Shown here piece after piece: positions 35,412-44,231 of a DNA stretch of 64,000 nucleotides. The notes beneath the pieces are model-generated. The model was not told the DNA's origin. It saw only the letters and a list, made by a program, of their open reading frames with translations, and ran no database searches. The translations under genes were made by a program, and so were the position numbers. Position 1 is the first letter of the stretch; every line of letters starts with the position of its first letter. Origin of the DNA: a virus. Lineage: Duplodnaviria > Heunggongvirae > Uroviricota > Caudoviricetes. The stretch is taken from IMG/VR virus record IMGVR_UViG_3300002220_000285, one strand, 5' to 3'.

Positions 35412-35647
35412 AAGGGGACATCGCTGACCAGGCGCAAGACCAGATCGAGGCGTTCAACGAGCAGAGCGTGGAGCGCGCTCGGCGCAAGGCGCAGCAACCC
35501 GAGGCAGACCCCGACTTCAATAATGAGAACTGCCTCGACTGTGGCATCGACATTCCGAAGGCGCGCCTTGCATTGGGCCGCATCCGGTGCGTCGAGTGCC
35601 AGACCCTCTTGGAACGCGCGGAAAAAATGAAAAGAGGCGGGCGGTGA
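35408..35647 (+). CDS. TraR/DksA-family C4 zinc-finger protein
   Basis: C-terminal CLDCGIDIPKARLALGRIRCVECQ four-Cys finger, 79 aa. Confidence 0.7.
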   Translation: MKGDIADQAQDQIEAFNEQSVERARRKAQQPEADPDFNNENCLDCGIDIPKARLALGRIRCVECQTLLERAEKMKRGGR

Positions 35648-36267
35648 AGCACGGGCACGCTAGCAGCGGTGAGCTATCCCCCACGTACCACTCCTGGGCA
35701 GGAATGCTGTCTAGATGTAGGAGTCCAAGTCACAAAGACTATAGGAGCTACGGAGGGCGAGGAATAGAAGTCTGCCCTGAGTGGCGCGAGTTCAAGAGGT
35801 TCCTTGCCGACATGGGTGAAAGGCCGAAGGGGAAGACCCTTGAACGAAGAGACGTAAACGGCCCGTATTCCAAAGAGAACTGCCAGTGGGCAACGGCACA
35901 AGAACAAGGGTGGAACAGGAGGGGTAATAGGCTGGTAACCGTGAACGGGGAGTCAAAGCCCTTGTCACGTTGGATCAAGGAGATGGGACTTAATAGCCGC
36001 ACGGTGTGCGCACGAATCTACAACCTTGGTTGGTCTGCGGAAGCCGCTTTATCTGTCTCTGTGAAGGAGGCGAGACTGGGCGCGCATAAGCGGCACCCGA
36101 GAACAAGGTTCATTGAGTTTGGCGGGCGGAGCCAATCTATTGCCGAGTGGTCTAGAGAACTTGGAATCAGCCCCTCCACTCTCTACACGAGGTTGAACAA
36201 AGGGCTGTCAGTTGAAGATGCCCTGAAGAAAAACAAGAACGAACTACTTGAGAATAGGAGGCGCTGA
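35644..36267 (+). CDS. HNH-family homing endonuclease-like protein, paralogue 2 (lacks N-terminal CxCxCG)
   Basis: YRSYGGRGIEVCPEW, FLADMGERPKG, RRDVNGPYSKENCQWAT motifs shared with paralogues; GTG start overlapping TraR stop. Confidence 0.6.
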   Translation: MKHGHASSGELSPTYHSWAGMLSRCRSPSHKDYRSYGGRGIEVCPEWREFKRFLADMGERPKGKTLERRDVNGPYSKENCQWATAQEQGWNRRGNRLVTVNGESKPLSRWIKEMGLNSRTVCARIYNLGWSAEAALSVSVKEARLGAHKRHPRTRFIEFGGRSQSIAEWSRELGISPSTLYTRLNKGLSVEDALKKNKNELLENRRR

Positions 36268-39200
36268 TGGCCCGCATCTATTTCGATATGGCGAACGTCT
36301 TGAAGCGTTCGCTCTTCGTGGGGAAAGACACCGAGAACGGCGTCGAGGTCCCCGACCCAGAGAAGCCCGACAAGATGGTTTGGGTCAACGGCTGGCAGTA
36401 CGGATTCGAGAACGTGCTGACGCTGATGTATTCGGCCATGCAGAAGTACGGCTTCACGCCGAAAGACCTCGTCATGGTCTTCGAGGGACGCCAGCCGACC
36501 GCGGTGCGGACCAAGAAGGTCAAGGACTACAGCAAGGGACGTAGCAAGCGACCTGACAAGGTGTACATCGAGCTGGGGCGCCTGCGTACCGAGGTGGAGA
36601 AGTTCTTCCTCGAGCTGGGCGCAGCCTCCGTGACGCAGGACCAGGTCGAGGGCGACGACGTTCTCGCCTACCTGGCGAAGCACACCGAGGTCCCCTGCAT
36701 GGTCTACAGCCATGACGGCGACCTGATGCGTCTCTCTGGGGAGAATGACAAGGGCGTGAAGATCACGGTCGGCAACAATGACGTCATCGACACGAACCCC
36801 TACGGCCCGTTTCCCTTCAACCTGATCACGGTCTACAAGGCGCTGGTCGGGGACGTAGGCGACGGCATCAAGGGTGCCAAAGGTTTTGGCGATGCCGCTT
36901 TCCTTAAAGTCATGGCCGTGTTCGGCGAAGAGGGTCTGCTGGAGATCGAGAATTTGATCCAGCGGCAGGAACTCTACCGGCTGCAGGAGAACGTCGCCGA
37001 GTGCTCGGTTCTGAAGAAGATCGTGGAAGACGACAAGGGTGTGTACGACAGCTACAAGCTGGCGAGCCTGTACCCGGAAGCGGTCGACACGATGCAGCAA
37101 CCGCTGCAGTGGAAGTACGGCATGGTGCGCGATCGCCGCCCCGACGACGACACCCGGTACGCCAGGTGGTACGGGACGCGCACCCTTGTCCACGCCAGCA
37201 ACTTCAAGGCGGAGGTTGAGCGAGCTGCCAGCACGCGAACCCCCTTCGTTGCCCTGGACCTTGAGACCAGCACTCCGGAGGAATCCGACGAGTGGGTTGA
37301 AGACAACAAGAAGCGCGAGGGCGAGATTCGCATCGATGTCATCGGCTCCGAGATCGTCGGCATGGGTCTGACGCTGGGCGATAACCTTCAGCACACTTGG
37401 TACTTCACCTACCAGCACGCCGACGAAGAGGACCTCGAGCAACTGACCGAAGACCAGATCGCCGAGGCGATCGAGCGCATTTGCTTCAAGCGGCGCGTCG
37501 TCTGCCACAACGCACAGGGCTTCGAGCTTCCCGTCATCGCCGGTCATTTCCAGGAACGCTGGAAGGACAACGGCTGGGGAGGGCTACTTCCCGATGTCCT
37601 CTGCTCCAAAATCCTCGCCTCCTACGTGGACGAGAACAAGTCGAGCGGCCTGAAGCCCAGCGCCAAGGCGTACCTCGACTACGACCAGCAGACCTACGAG
37701 GAAGCGACGACCTATGAGGGGCCGGTCGGCAGCCTGCCAGAGGGCGGCAAGCAGGTTCGGCTGATCGAGGAAAAGGACGACGACGGCAACGTCGTGTCTG
37801 TGGTCGAGCGTCGGCAGTACAAGATGCACGAGCTGACTGCTTCGCACGTGTTCCATTACGGCACGGACGATACGATCGTCACTGCGGCGCTGTTCAATCA
37901 CTGGCAGTTCCGCACTCAGCTCGAGGGCACCTGGAAGGTCTACCTCGAGGTCGAGCAGCTCCCGATGTACCTCACCGCGGACGCCTATCGCAAAGGCGTG
38001 CCGATCTCCCTTGAATACATGCGGCAGATCGAGGATGAGGACGACCAGGCGTTCGATGCTGCGTGGGCAACTCTGCGCCAATACCTTGTTGAGAACGGGT
38101 GGGAGGGCACGGCCTGCCCGACGTTCGATGGGGAGCTGACGCCCGCCGCAGTGAAGGAAGCCTTCCTGATCGTGACGGGCCGGGAGCTGCAGACGCAGGT
38201 TCGCAAGATCGAGAAGCTGTGCATCCTGATCCGAGAGGAGGGGGAGGACCAGCTTGCCGACCTGATCGAGGCCCGCCACAAAGGCGAAGCTGCGGACAAT
38301 CTGAACCGCCTCATCAAGCTGCACTTCAAGGGTGAGCCTGAGTTCAACGCAGACAGCCCGAAGCAGATGCAGAAGCTGCTGTACGAGGTCATGGGTCTGC
38401 CGATCCGCATCCGGAACAAGCCGACCGCCAACATGCGGGCAGCGGGCATCCGGGAGGGGACGCCGAAGACGGACGACCTTGCCATCGAGTCGGCCCTGCA
38501 CTACGACAAGGATGCCTGCGACGTCGAGGTGCTGAAGGCGATTCAGACCATGAAGACGGTGCAGACGCGGCGCAAGTTGTTCTACGGCCCGTACAAGCAC
38601 GTGCCGCACTGGAGGACCGGGCTGGTTCATGCCTCGTTCAACCAATGCGCGACGGTGACTCGTCGCTACTCGTGCAGCGGCCCGAACCTGCAGCAGCTTC
38701 CGAAGAATACGGACGAGGGAAGGTTCAGGCGCATTTTTGTCCCCCACCACAAGGGTGCCGTCATCGTCTCTCTGGACTTCAACGCTCAGGAGATTCGCGT
38801 GGCCGCTGAGCTGAGCCAGGACGAGAATCTGCTCGCCTGTTACGTCGGGGACAGCCCTAAGGACCTGCACGCCATGACAGCATCTGCGTCCTCTGCGTCT
38901 CAGTGGGGTGTGCAGGTGGGGTATGAAGACTTCGTTGAGATGCTGGACAGTCCTGACAAGGAAGTGAAGGCCAAGGCGAAGCTGCTCCGAGGACTTGCCA
39001 AGGTCGTTAATTTTGCTGCGCTCTACCAGGCTCAGGCGGTGAAGCTGTCTCAGACGCTGATGATCAGCGAAGGGGCGGCTCAGGACATCTTGGATGCGCG
39101 AGCCAGTGCGTTTCCTGATCTGGTTGCATGGTCTGACAAGGCTGCAGAGGAGGCGAGGAGCCAAGGTTATGTCTCTACGCTGATGGGAGGGCGCAGGCAC

Positions 39201-39614
39201 CTCCGGGACGCCTTCAACTCCGACGACTACATGACCAAGAACAAGGCTGAGCGTCAGGCGGGGAATTTCCAGGTGCAGGGTTCCTCCGCAGAGATGACCA
39301 AGCTCGCCATGAAGCGGATGTGGGAGCGAAAGGTCCCCTTCCGCTTCGACTGTGTCTTCATCGGCCCCGTCCATGACGAGGTGGTGTGGTCCGTGTCGCT
39401 AAAGGACCTAAAGCCGTTCCTGAACGACTTGCACTGGTGCATGGTCCAGCCTTACGCCACGATGCGTGTGCCGATCGCCTCCAGCATTTCTTTCGGCCCT
39501 AACTTCGGAGATCAGATCGAGATCGGGGACATGCCTACAGACGAATCGATTGACCGGGGACTTGAGGAACTCGCTGAGATGCTGGGAGCCGACCGTGACA
39601 AGCAAGCGGCTTGA
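36267..39614 (+). CDS. polA: DNA polymerase I (family A) with 5'-3' exonuclease, 3'-5' exonuclease and polymerase domains
   Basis: FEN-like N-terminus (EGDDVLA, HDGDL), exo DLETS, pol motif B RGLAKVVNFAALYQ and motif C HDEVV; 1115 aa. Confidence 0.85.
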   Translation: MARIYFDMANVLKRSLFVGKDTENGVEVPDPEKPDKMVWVNGWQYGFENVLTLMYSAMQKYGFTPKDLVMVFEGRQPTAVRTKKVKDYSKGRSKRPDKVYIELGRLRTEVEKFFLELGAASVTQDQVEGDDVLAYLAKHTEVPCMVYSHDGDLMRLSGENDKGVKITVGNNDVIDTNPYGPFPFNLITVYKALVGDVGDGIKGAKGFGDAAFLKVMAVFGEEGLLEIENLIQRQELYRLQENVAECSVLKKIVEDDKGVYDSYKLASLYPEAVDTMQQPLQWKYGMVRDRRPDDDTRYARWYGTRTLVHASNFKAEVERAASTRTPFVALDLETSTPEESDEWVEDNKKREGEIRIDVIGSEIVGMGLTLGDNLQHTWYFTYQHADEEDLEQLTEDQIAEAIERICFKRRVVCHNAQGFELPVIAGHFQERWKDNGWGGLLPDVLCSKILASYVDENKSSGLKPSAKAYLDYDQQTYEEATTYEGPVGSLPEGGKQVRLIEEKDDDGNVVSVVERRQYKMHELTASHVFHYGTDDTIVTAALFNHWQFRTQLEGTWKVYLEVEQLPMYLTADAYRKGVPISLEYMRQIEDEDDQAFDAAWATLRQYLVENGWEGTACPTFDGELTPAAVKEAFLIVTGRELQTQVRKIEKLCILIREEGEDQLADLIEARHKGEAADNLNRLIKLHFKGEPEFNADSPKQMQKLLYEVMGLPIRIRNKPTANMRAAGIREGTPKTDDLAIESALHYDKDACDVEVLKAIQTMKTVQTRRKLFYGPYKHVPHWRTGLVHASFNQCATVTRRYSCSGPNLQQLPKNTDEGRFRRIFVPHHKGAVIVSLDFNAQEIRVAAELSQDENLLACYVGDSPKDLHAMTASASSASQWGVQVGYEDFVEMLDSPDKEVKAKAKLLRGLAKVVNFAALYQAQAVKLSQTLMISEGAAQDILDARASAFPDLVAWSDKAAEEARSQGYVSTLMGGRRHLRDAFNSDDYMTKNKAERQAGNFQVQGSSAEMTKLAMKRMWERKVPFRFDCVFIGPVHDEVVWSVSLKDLKPFLNDLHWCMVQPYATMRVPIASSISFGPNFGDQIEIGDMPTDESIDRGLEELAEMLGADRDKQAA

Positions 39615-40218
39615 CCTCTCGGGCCTGCGCTTCGACAGGCTCACAGCTATCCGTGACGTAGGTGCATCTGAGAGGAAGCAGAGGCTGTGGCTGTGCGTGT
39701 GTGACTGCGGGGCTACGACAATCGTGCCTGCCAACATGCTCCGGAGTGGGAACACCAAAAGTTGCGGATGCCTGAGAGCAGAGGGGATGTCCAAAGTCTC
39801 GCTGCGGCATGGGGCAACGCGAGGTAAGCGTCCTCGCAGCTACGGGGTCTGGCAAGGAATGCGGGCGAGGTGTCTGGACCCCCTCCACCCCAACTATGGG
39901 GGCCGCGGTATCACAGTCTGCGATAGGTGGAACGACTACTCGAACTTCGCAGAGGACATGGGTGAGCCGTTGAGAGGAGCAACACTTGACCGCATCGACA
40001 ACGACCAAGGCTACAGCCCAGAGAACTGCAGATGGGCCACGATGAAAGAGCAAAGCAGGAACCGGCGATCCAACCGCAGGGTTACTTACCGGGGCGAAAC
40101 AAGGGCCCTGATTGAGTGGGCTGAGATTTCTGGCATCAATTTTGGAACTCTGAAATCGCGCCTCAACCGAGGCTGGGCAGTTGAGAAATCTATTGAAACT
40201 CCAGTTAGAGCTGCATAG
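39595..40218 (+). CDS. HNH-family homing endonuclease-like protein, paralogue 3
   Basis: GTG start after GGAGCC; FDRLTAI, WLCVCDCG, GGRGITVCDRW, RIDNDQGYSPENCRWAT motifs. Confidence 0.6.
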   Translation: MTSKRLDLSGLRFDRLTAIRDVGASERKQRLWLCVCDCGATTIVPANMLRSGNTKSCGCLRAEGMSKVSLRHGATRGKRPRSYGVWQGMRARCLDPLHPNYGGRGITVCDRWNDYSNFAEDMGEPLRGATLDRIDNDQGYSPENCRWATMKEQSRNRRSNRRVTYRGETRALIEWAEISGINFGTLKSRLNRGWAVEKSIETPVRAA

Positions 40219-40390
40219 ACGAGTGGCGTCATAGCCGGTCTGGGACCGCTGGGTACGTGGCCTAACTGACCGGGTCGATCAGGGCACTCGTCTGGGTTTC
40301 TCCTCTGATCGGCGCCTCCAAAAACGTGCGCGGGGCACGTAACGTACCAACCCCGCAACCCCAATAAAAACAACAAGAAAGAGGGTTGCT

Positions 40391-41299
40391 GTGCGCTACT
40401 TATCAGTGGCGAGCGGCATCGAGGCTGCATCTGTTGCCTGGTCGCCGCTCGGCTGGAGAGCCGTTGGGTTCTCCGAAATCGAGCCTTTCCCTTCTCGTCT
40501 TCTCCAACACCACTACCCCGACGTCACGAACTTCGGGGACATGAATAATTACAAGGAGTGGGATGTTGAACCCTTCGACGTACTCATCGGCGGAACGCCC
40601 TGCCAGTCCTTCTCCAGTGCCGGTCTGCGACGAGGATTGGACGACCCGCGTGGCAATCTGGCCCTCGTCTTTTGCGGCCTTGTTGATCGATTCCGGCCGC
40701 GGTATGTCATCTGGGAAAACGTCCCCGGTGCCTTGTCATCGAGCGGAGGACGGGACTTTGGTTCCATCGTCGGGGCGCTGGTCGAACTCGGGTATGGCGT
40801 GTGCTGGCGAGTCCTGGACGCTAAGCATTTCGGAGTCGCCCAGCGGCGCCGTAGAGTGTTTCTTGTCGCAAGTGTTGACGGTTGGCATCGCGCCGCCGCA
40901 ACTCTTTTTGAGTCCGAGAGCAGCCTCCGGAATCCTGCGCCGCGCCGCCAACGTCAAGAAGAGCTTGCACCCCCGCTTAAGAAAGGCTTTGGAGACGGTC
41001 GCGGCAGCGACGATCCCTTGTGCTGGTGGGACGGAGGACAACTGAGTCAGACGGCCGATGCCGTGCTCTACAAGAAGCAGACGATGCCTGAGAAGAATCG
41101 CTTCCCGGCCTGCTTCGAGGGTGAGCACGTGCGGTTCCTGATGCCCGAGGAGTGGGAACTGTTGCAAGGGTTCCCGTGGGGCTACACGGATGTCCCCGGC
41201 GCTTTAGCTTCGGATCGGTACAAGGCGCTTGGCAATTCCTTCCCCGTCCCTGTCATTCGCTGGTTGGGCGAGCGCATTCAATTTGTGGAGTCTCTATGA
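40391..41299 (+). CDS. DNA (cytosine-5)-methyltransferase
   Basis: Motif I-like SVASGIEAAS, motif IV GGTPCQSFSSAG, motif VI ENV; GTG start after GAGGG. Confidence 0.8.
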   Translation: MRYLSVASGIEAASVAWSPLGWRAVGFSEIEPFPSRLLQHHYPDVTNFGDMNNYKEWDVEPFDVLIGGTPCQSFSSAGLRRGLDDPRGNLALVFCGLVDRFRPRYVIWENVPGALSSSGGRDFGSIVGALVELGYGVCWRVLDAKHFGVAQRRRRVFLVASVDGWHRAAATLFESESSLRNPAPRRQRQEELAPPLKKGFGDGRGSDDPLCWWDGGQLSQTADAVLYKKQTMPEKNRFPACFEGEHVRFLMPEEWELLQGFPWGYTDVPGALASDRYKALGNSFPVPVIRWLGERIQFVESL

Positions 41300-41751
41300 G
41301 CCTAGGTAGGTACAAGAAATTTGTCCCCGTCGTCCTGTCCGTTGCCAGCATGAGCAAGGACAGGTCGACGAAGGTGGGTGCAATCGCGCTGGGTCCGGAC
41401 CTCGAGATCAGGTCGGTCGGCTACAACGGGTTCCCCCGCGGCGTCAACGATGACGATGACGCACGGCACGAGCGCCCTACGAAACTTTTCCTCACTGCCC
41501 ATGCGGAAAGCAATGCTGTGGCGCAAGCGGCACGCTCTGGGGTGTCGCTTGCCGGATGCACCGTTATGGTTAGTTCTCTTTACCCCTGCTCTACATGCGC
41601 AAAAATGCTAATTCAAGCGGGGGTTACTCGGGTCCTTGCTGTCGGGGTTAACCACGAGAGTATGTCTAGATGGGCTGAAGAGTGGTCCTACTCCAAGGTG
41701 ATGTTTGAAGAGGCGGGGGTGGAATTTTGCGAGTTAAAGGAACAAGGTTGA
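41296..41751 (+). CDS. dCMP deaminase
   Basis: HAESNAV zinc-binding motif and PCSTCAKM; ATGA overlap with methyltransferase stop. Confidence 0.75.
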   Translation: MSLGRYKKFVPVVLSVASMSKDRSTKVGAIALGPDLEIRSVGYNGFPRGVNDDDDARHERPTKLFLTAHAESNAVAQAARSGVSLAGCTVMVSSLYPCSTCAKMLIQAGVTRVLAVGVNHESMSRWAEEWSYSKVMFEEAGVEFCELKEQG

Positions 41752-42368
41752 TTGACATCTCCGGGCAAAGGTTCGGAAGGCTTACCGTGCTAGAGATTTC
41801 TAGGCGTGAGCGACTCTCCAGGGGAACTTTGGTGTTTTGGAAGTGCGGCTGTGATTGTGGAAATACTATTGAGGTGAGAGGCCAGGCGCTCCGCACAGGG
41901 ACAACCAAATCGTGTGGGTGCCTGCGCAACGAACTGACGGGAGATCGCTCCAGAACCCACGGTCGATCTAAAACACCTACGCACAACTCATGGCGGGCGA
42001 TGAGGGAGAGATGCCAGAACCCGAAGAACGTCGCCTACAAGAATTATGGAGGGAGGGGCATCTCCGTATGCAAAAGGTGGGAGGAGTTCGAGGGGTTCTT
42101 GGAGGATATGGGCGAGCGCCCAGAGGGCACCACCTTGGAGCGTAGAGATGTTCAAAAAGGTTACTCCCCTGATAACTGCGTCTGGCTGGAGGCTAAAAAA
42201 CAATGCGAAAACACGACTAGGTCTCGAAAAATAGAGTTCAATGGCGAGACCCGATTGCTCAGGGACTGGGCGAAATCGTTAGGCATCACCAGTACCGCTT
42301 TGTCAGTAAGGCTGAGGCGCTACCCTAAAAATATAGCTATGACTCGAGGGCGATACGATTTCCGATAG
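41748..42368 (+). CDS. HNH-family homing endonuclease-like protein, paralogue 4
   Basis: TTG start (alternatively 41727); FGRLTVL, WKCGCDCG, YGGRGISVCKRW, RRDVQKGYSPDNCVWLE motifs. Confidence 0.55.
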   Translation: MIDISGQRFGRLTVLEISRRERLSRGTLVFWKCGCDCGNTIEVRGQALRTGTTKSCGCLRNELTGDRSRTHGRSKTPTHNSWRAMRERCQNPKNVAYKNYGGRGISVCKRWEEFEGFLEDMGERPEGTTLERRDVQKGYSPDNCVWLEAKKQCENTTRSRKIEFNGETRLLRDWAKSLGITSTALSVRLRRYPKNIAMTRGRYDFR

Positions 42369-42442
42369 CTGTGACTCAGGGTTGAAAATAGGTAAACACA
42401 GGTATAGAGTTCTGACAGTCCAACCATAAGAAGAAGAAAAAC

Positions 42443-42913
42443 ATGGACGAGAAAGCAAGAAAGGCAGCAGGCCAGCGAGGCAAGCTGCCTGAGAAGAAGG
42501 TGCGCGAGCTGCTTGAGCGTCTAAAGGCGCAGAAGGCGGGTTTCGACTACGAACGCAAGTACGACGCCCGGTCCGCGGGCGGGCGGTTCCAGTCACAGGC
42601 AGGCGATTTCGGTTTCTTCGCCCACAGCCTGCACGGCCTGATCGAGGTGAAGGAAGTTGATCACGACTTTCGCCTCCCGAGGAAGAACTTCCCGGACGAG
42701 CAGCGAGCAAGGTTGAGGCTGCGCGAGCTTGCCGGGGGGCTGATCATCGTCCTCATCTACCACACCTCGACGAAGCTCTGGAGGGTGTGTCGTCTATCCG
42801 ATTTCAGGGAAGGCGTCCCGTCCTGGGACCTCAGCGACATCCCGACCTTTCCCAACGTAACCCAAGCAGTCGAATCGATCGAAGATTGGTACGGCGGCTT
42901 CCCTTTCAGGTGA
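42443..42913 (+). CDS. PD-(D/E)xK-fold nuclease (possible Holliday-junction resolvase/VRR-NUC-like)
   Basis: GDFGFF ... LIEVKEV (D...E-x-K) pattern, 156 aa, located just upstream of SbcCD homologues. Confidence 0.5.
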   Translation: MDEKARKAAGQRGKLPEKKVRELLERLKAQKAGFDYERKYDARSAGGRFQSQAGDFGFFAHSLHGLIEVKEVDHDFRLPRKNFPDEQRARLRLRELAGGLIIVLIYHTSTKLWRVCRLSDFREGVPSWDLSDIPTFPNVTQAVESIEDWYGGFPFR

Positions 42914-42916
42914 CCT

Positions 42917-43201
42917 ATGTCGATCTTTGACCGTGTGAGTGATGAGGAACTGCGTGAGGAATTCACCCACAAGGGGTGGTTCGTCATGTGCCCGATCTGG
43001 TACGGAGAGCACCAGGACGGCACCCCTGTTGTCAGCGAGCGCAACTGGGTGCCCGAATGGTGGTTAGGCCTGAACCTCTGGCTGTCAAGGAGCCTTGATG
43101 AACTCGGGCTGTTCCTGTCGCCCGCGACCTACGAACCTTCTTTCCACTTCCGACTGACCCCGCTTTGGGAGGACGACGATGCCCTTAACTCTGATCAATG
43201 A
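42917..43201 (+). CDS. hypothetical protein (94 aa)
   Basis: ATG 4 nt after upstream stop. Confidence 0.5.
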   Translation: MSIFDRVSDEELREEFTHKGWFVMCPIWYGEHQDGTPVVSERNWVPEWWLGLNLWLSRSLDELGLFLSPATYEPSFHFRLTPLWEDDDALNSDQ

Positions 43202-44231
43202 CACCCATCTGGGGGTGCAACGCAACGCGGGGACAACCCCGCGTTCTTCTTCTGCGCTGAAGGAATGGCTGAACTCAGAGTTCGCCTCGCTTGTTCATAG
43301 AGCGGAAGGCGATCTCTGCATCCTCGGCGACCTGTTCGACCAGTACCTCGTGCCGAACACCGACCTGGTCAGTGCAGTAGCGACTCTCTCGTTCTGGTGC
43401 AAGCAGCACCCGCACAACACCCTGCACCTTGTCGCTGGCAATCACGACTTGAGCAAGGATTCCAGCCGCTTGTCCTCGTTCGAGGTGTTGTGCCAGTTGC
43501 TCGAGTACATGCACAAGAATGTCTCGATCCACATGGAGCCTGGGTGGGTCAAGGAAGGCGTTTGGGTCATCCCTCACTGCGTCAATCAGGACCTGTTCGA
43601 CATCTACCTAGAGCAGGTTCCGGAGGGTACGAGGGTATTGCTTCTTCATGCCAATTACGACAACTTTCACGCAGAGCAAAGTGATGGCAGTTTAAATGTC
43701 AAGGAATCTGTGGCTCAGGGCCTCGTAGAGCGCGGGGTGACTCTGGTCTTCGCTCACGAGCACCAGCATCGACTTGCTCTGGACGGCAACGTCATCGTGG
43801 TAGGCAACCAGATTCCGACCAGTGTGGCGGATTGCTTGGGCGCCCCGAACAAATACAAGCTGGAGATCGACGGGGAGGCCCCTCGCCTCGTGCGGGTGCT
43901 ACAGGTCAGCGACGTTTTTGAGCGCCGTGACTGGCGCAACCTCGGAACCCCTCCCCTGTCCGGAGACACCAAGTTCATCCGCGTCGAGGGTAGTGCTACT
44001 GCGAACGAGGCGGCGGATGTCGTCACCGCCATCTCCAAGTACCGGAGCAAGTCGGATGCCTTCGTCATCACCAACGCGGTGAAGATCGAGGGAATCTCTG
44101 AACTGAAGGACCTCCCCGCAACGCTCGAGGCTGCAAAGGCCTTCGATGTGCTGTCCGCGATTCTCGAGACGCTCGATGAGCGGGAGAGGGTGGTCGTCAA
44201 GAAACTTCTGCAGGAGGGATCAACGTGCTGA
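43179..44231 (+). CDS. sbcD: SbcD/Mre11-like metallophosphoesterase nuclease
   Basis: Calcineurin-like motifs DTHLG, GDLFD, GNHD. Confidence 0.8.
   Translation: MPLTLINDTHLGVQRNAGTTPRSSSALKEWLNSEFASLVHRAEGDLCILGDLFDQYLVPNTDLVSAVATLSFWCKQHPHNTLHLVAGNHDLSKDSSRLSSFEVLCQLLEYMHKNVSIHMEPGWVKEGVWVIPHCVNQDLFDIYLEQVPEGTRVLLLHANYDNFHAEQSDGSLNVKESVAQGLVERGVTLVFAHEHQHRLALDGNVIVVGNQIPTSVADCLGAPNKYKLEIDGEAPRLVRVLQVSDVFERRDWRNLGTPPLSGDTKFIRVEGSATANEAADVVTAISKYRSKSDAFVITNAVKIEGISELKDLPATLEAAKAFDVLSAILETLDERERVVVKKLLQEGSTC

Noticed and set aside
25974-39374. Large antisense ORFs inside replication genes (25974..27068, 36183..37547, 37584..39374)
   Set aside because: They lie opposite well-supported SNF2 and PolA genes with clear catalytic motifs. 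High GC suppresses stop codons in antisense frames.
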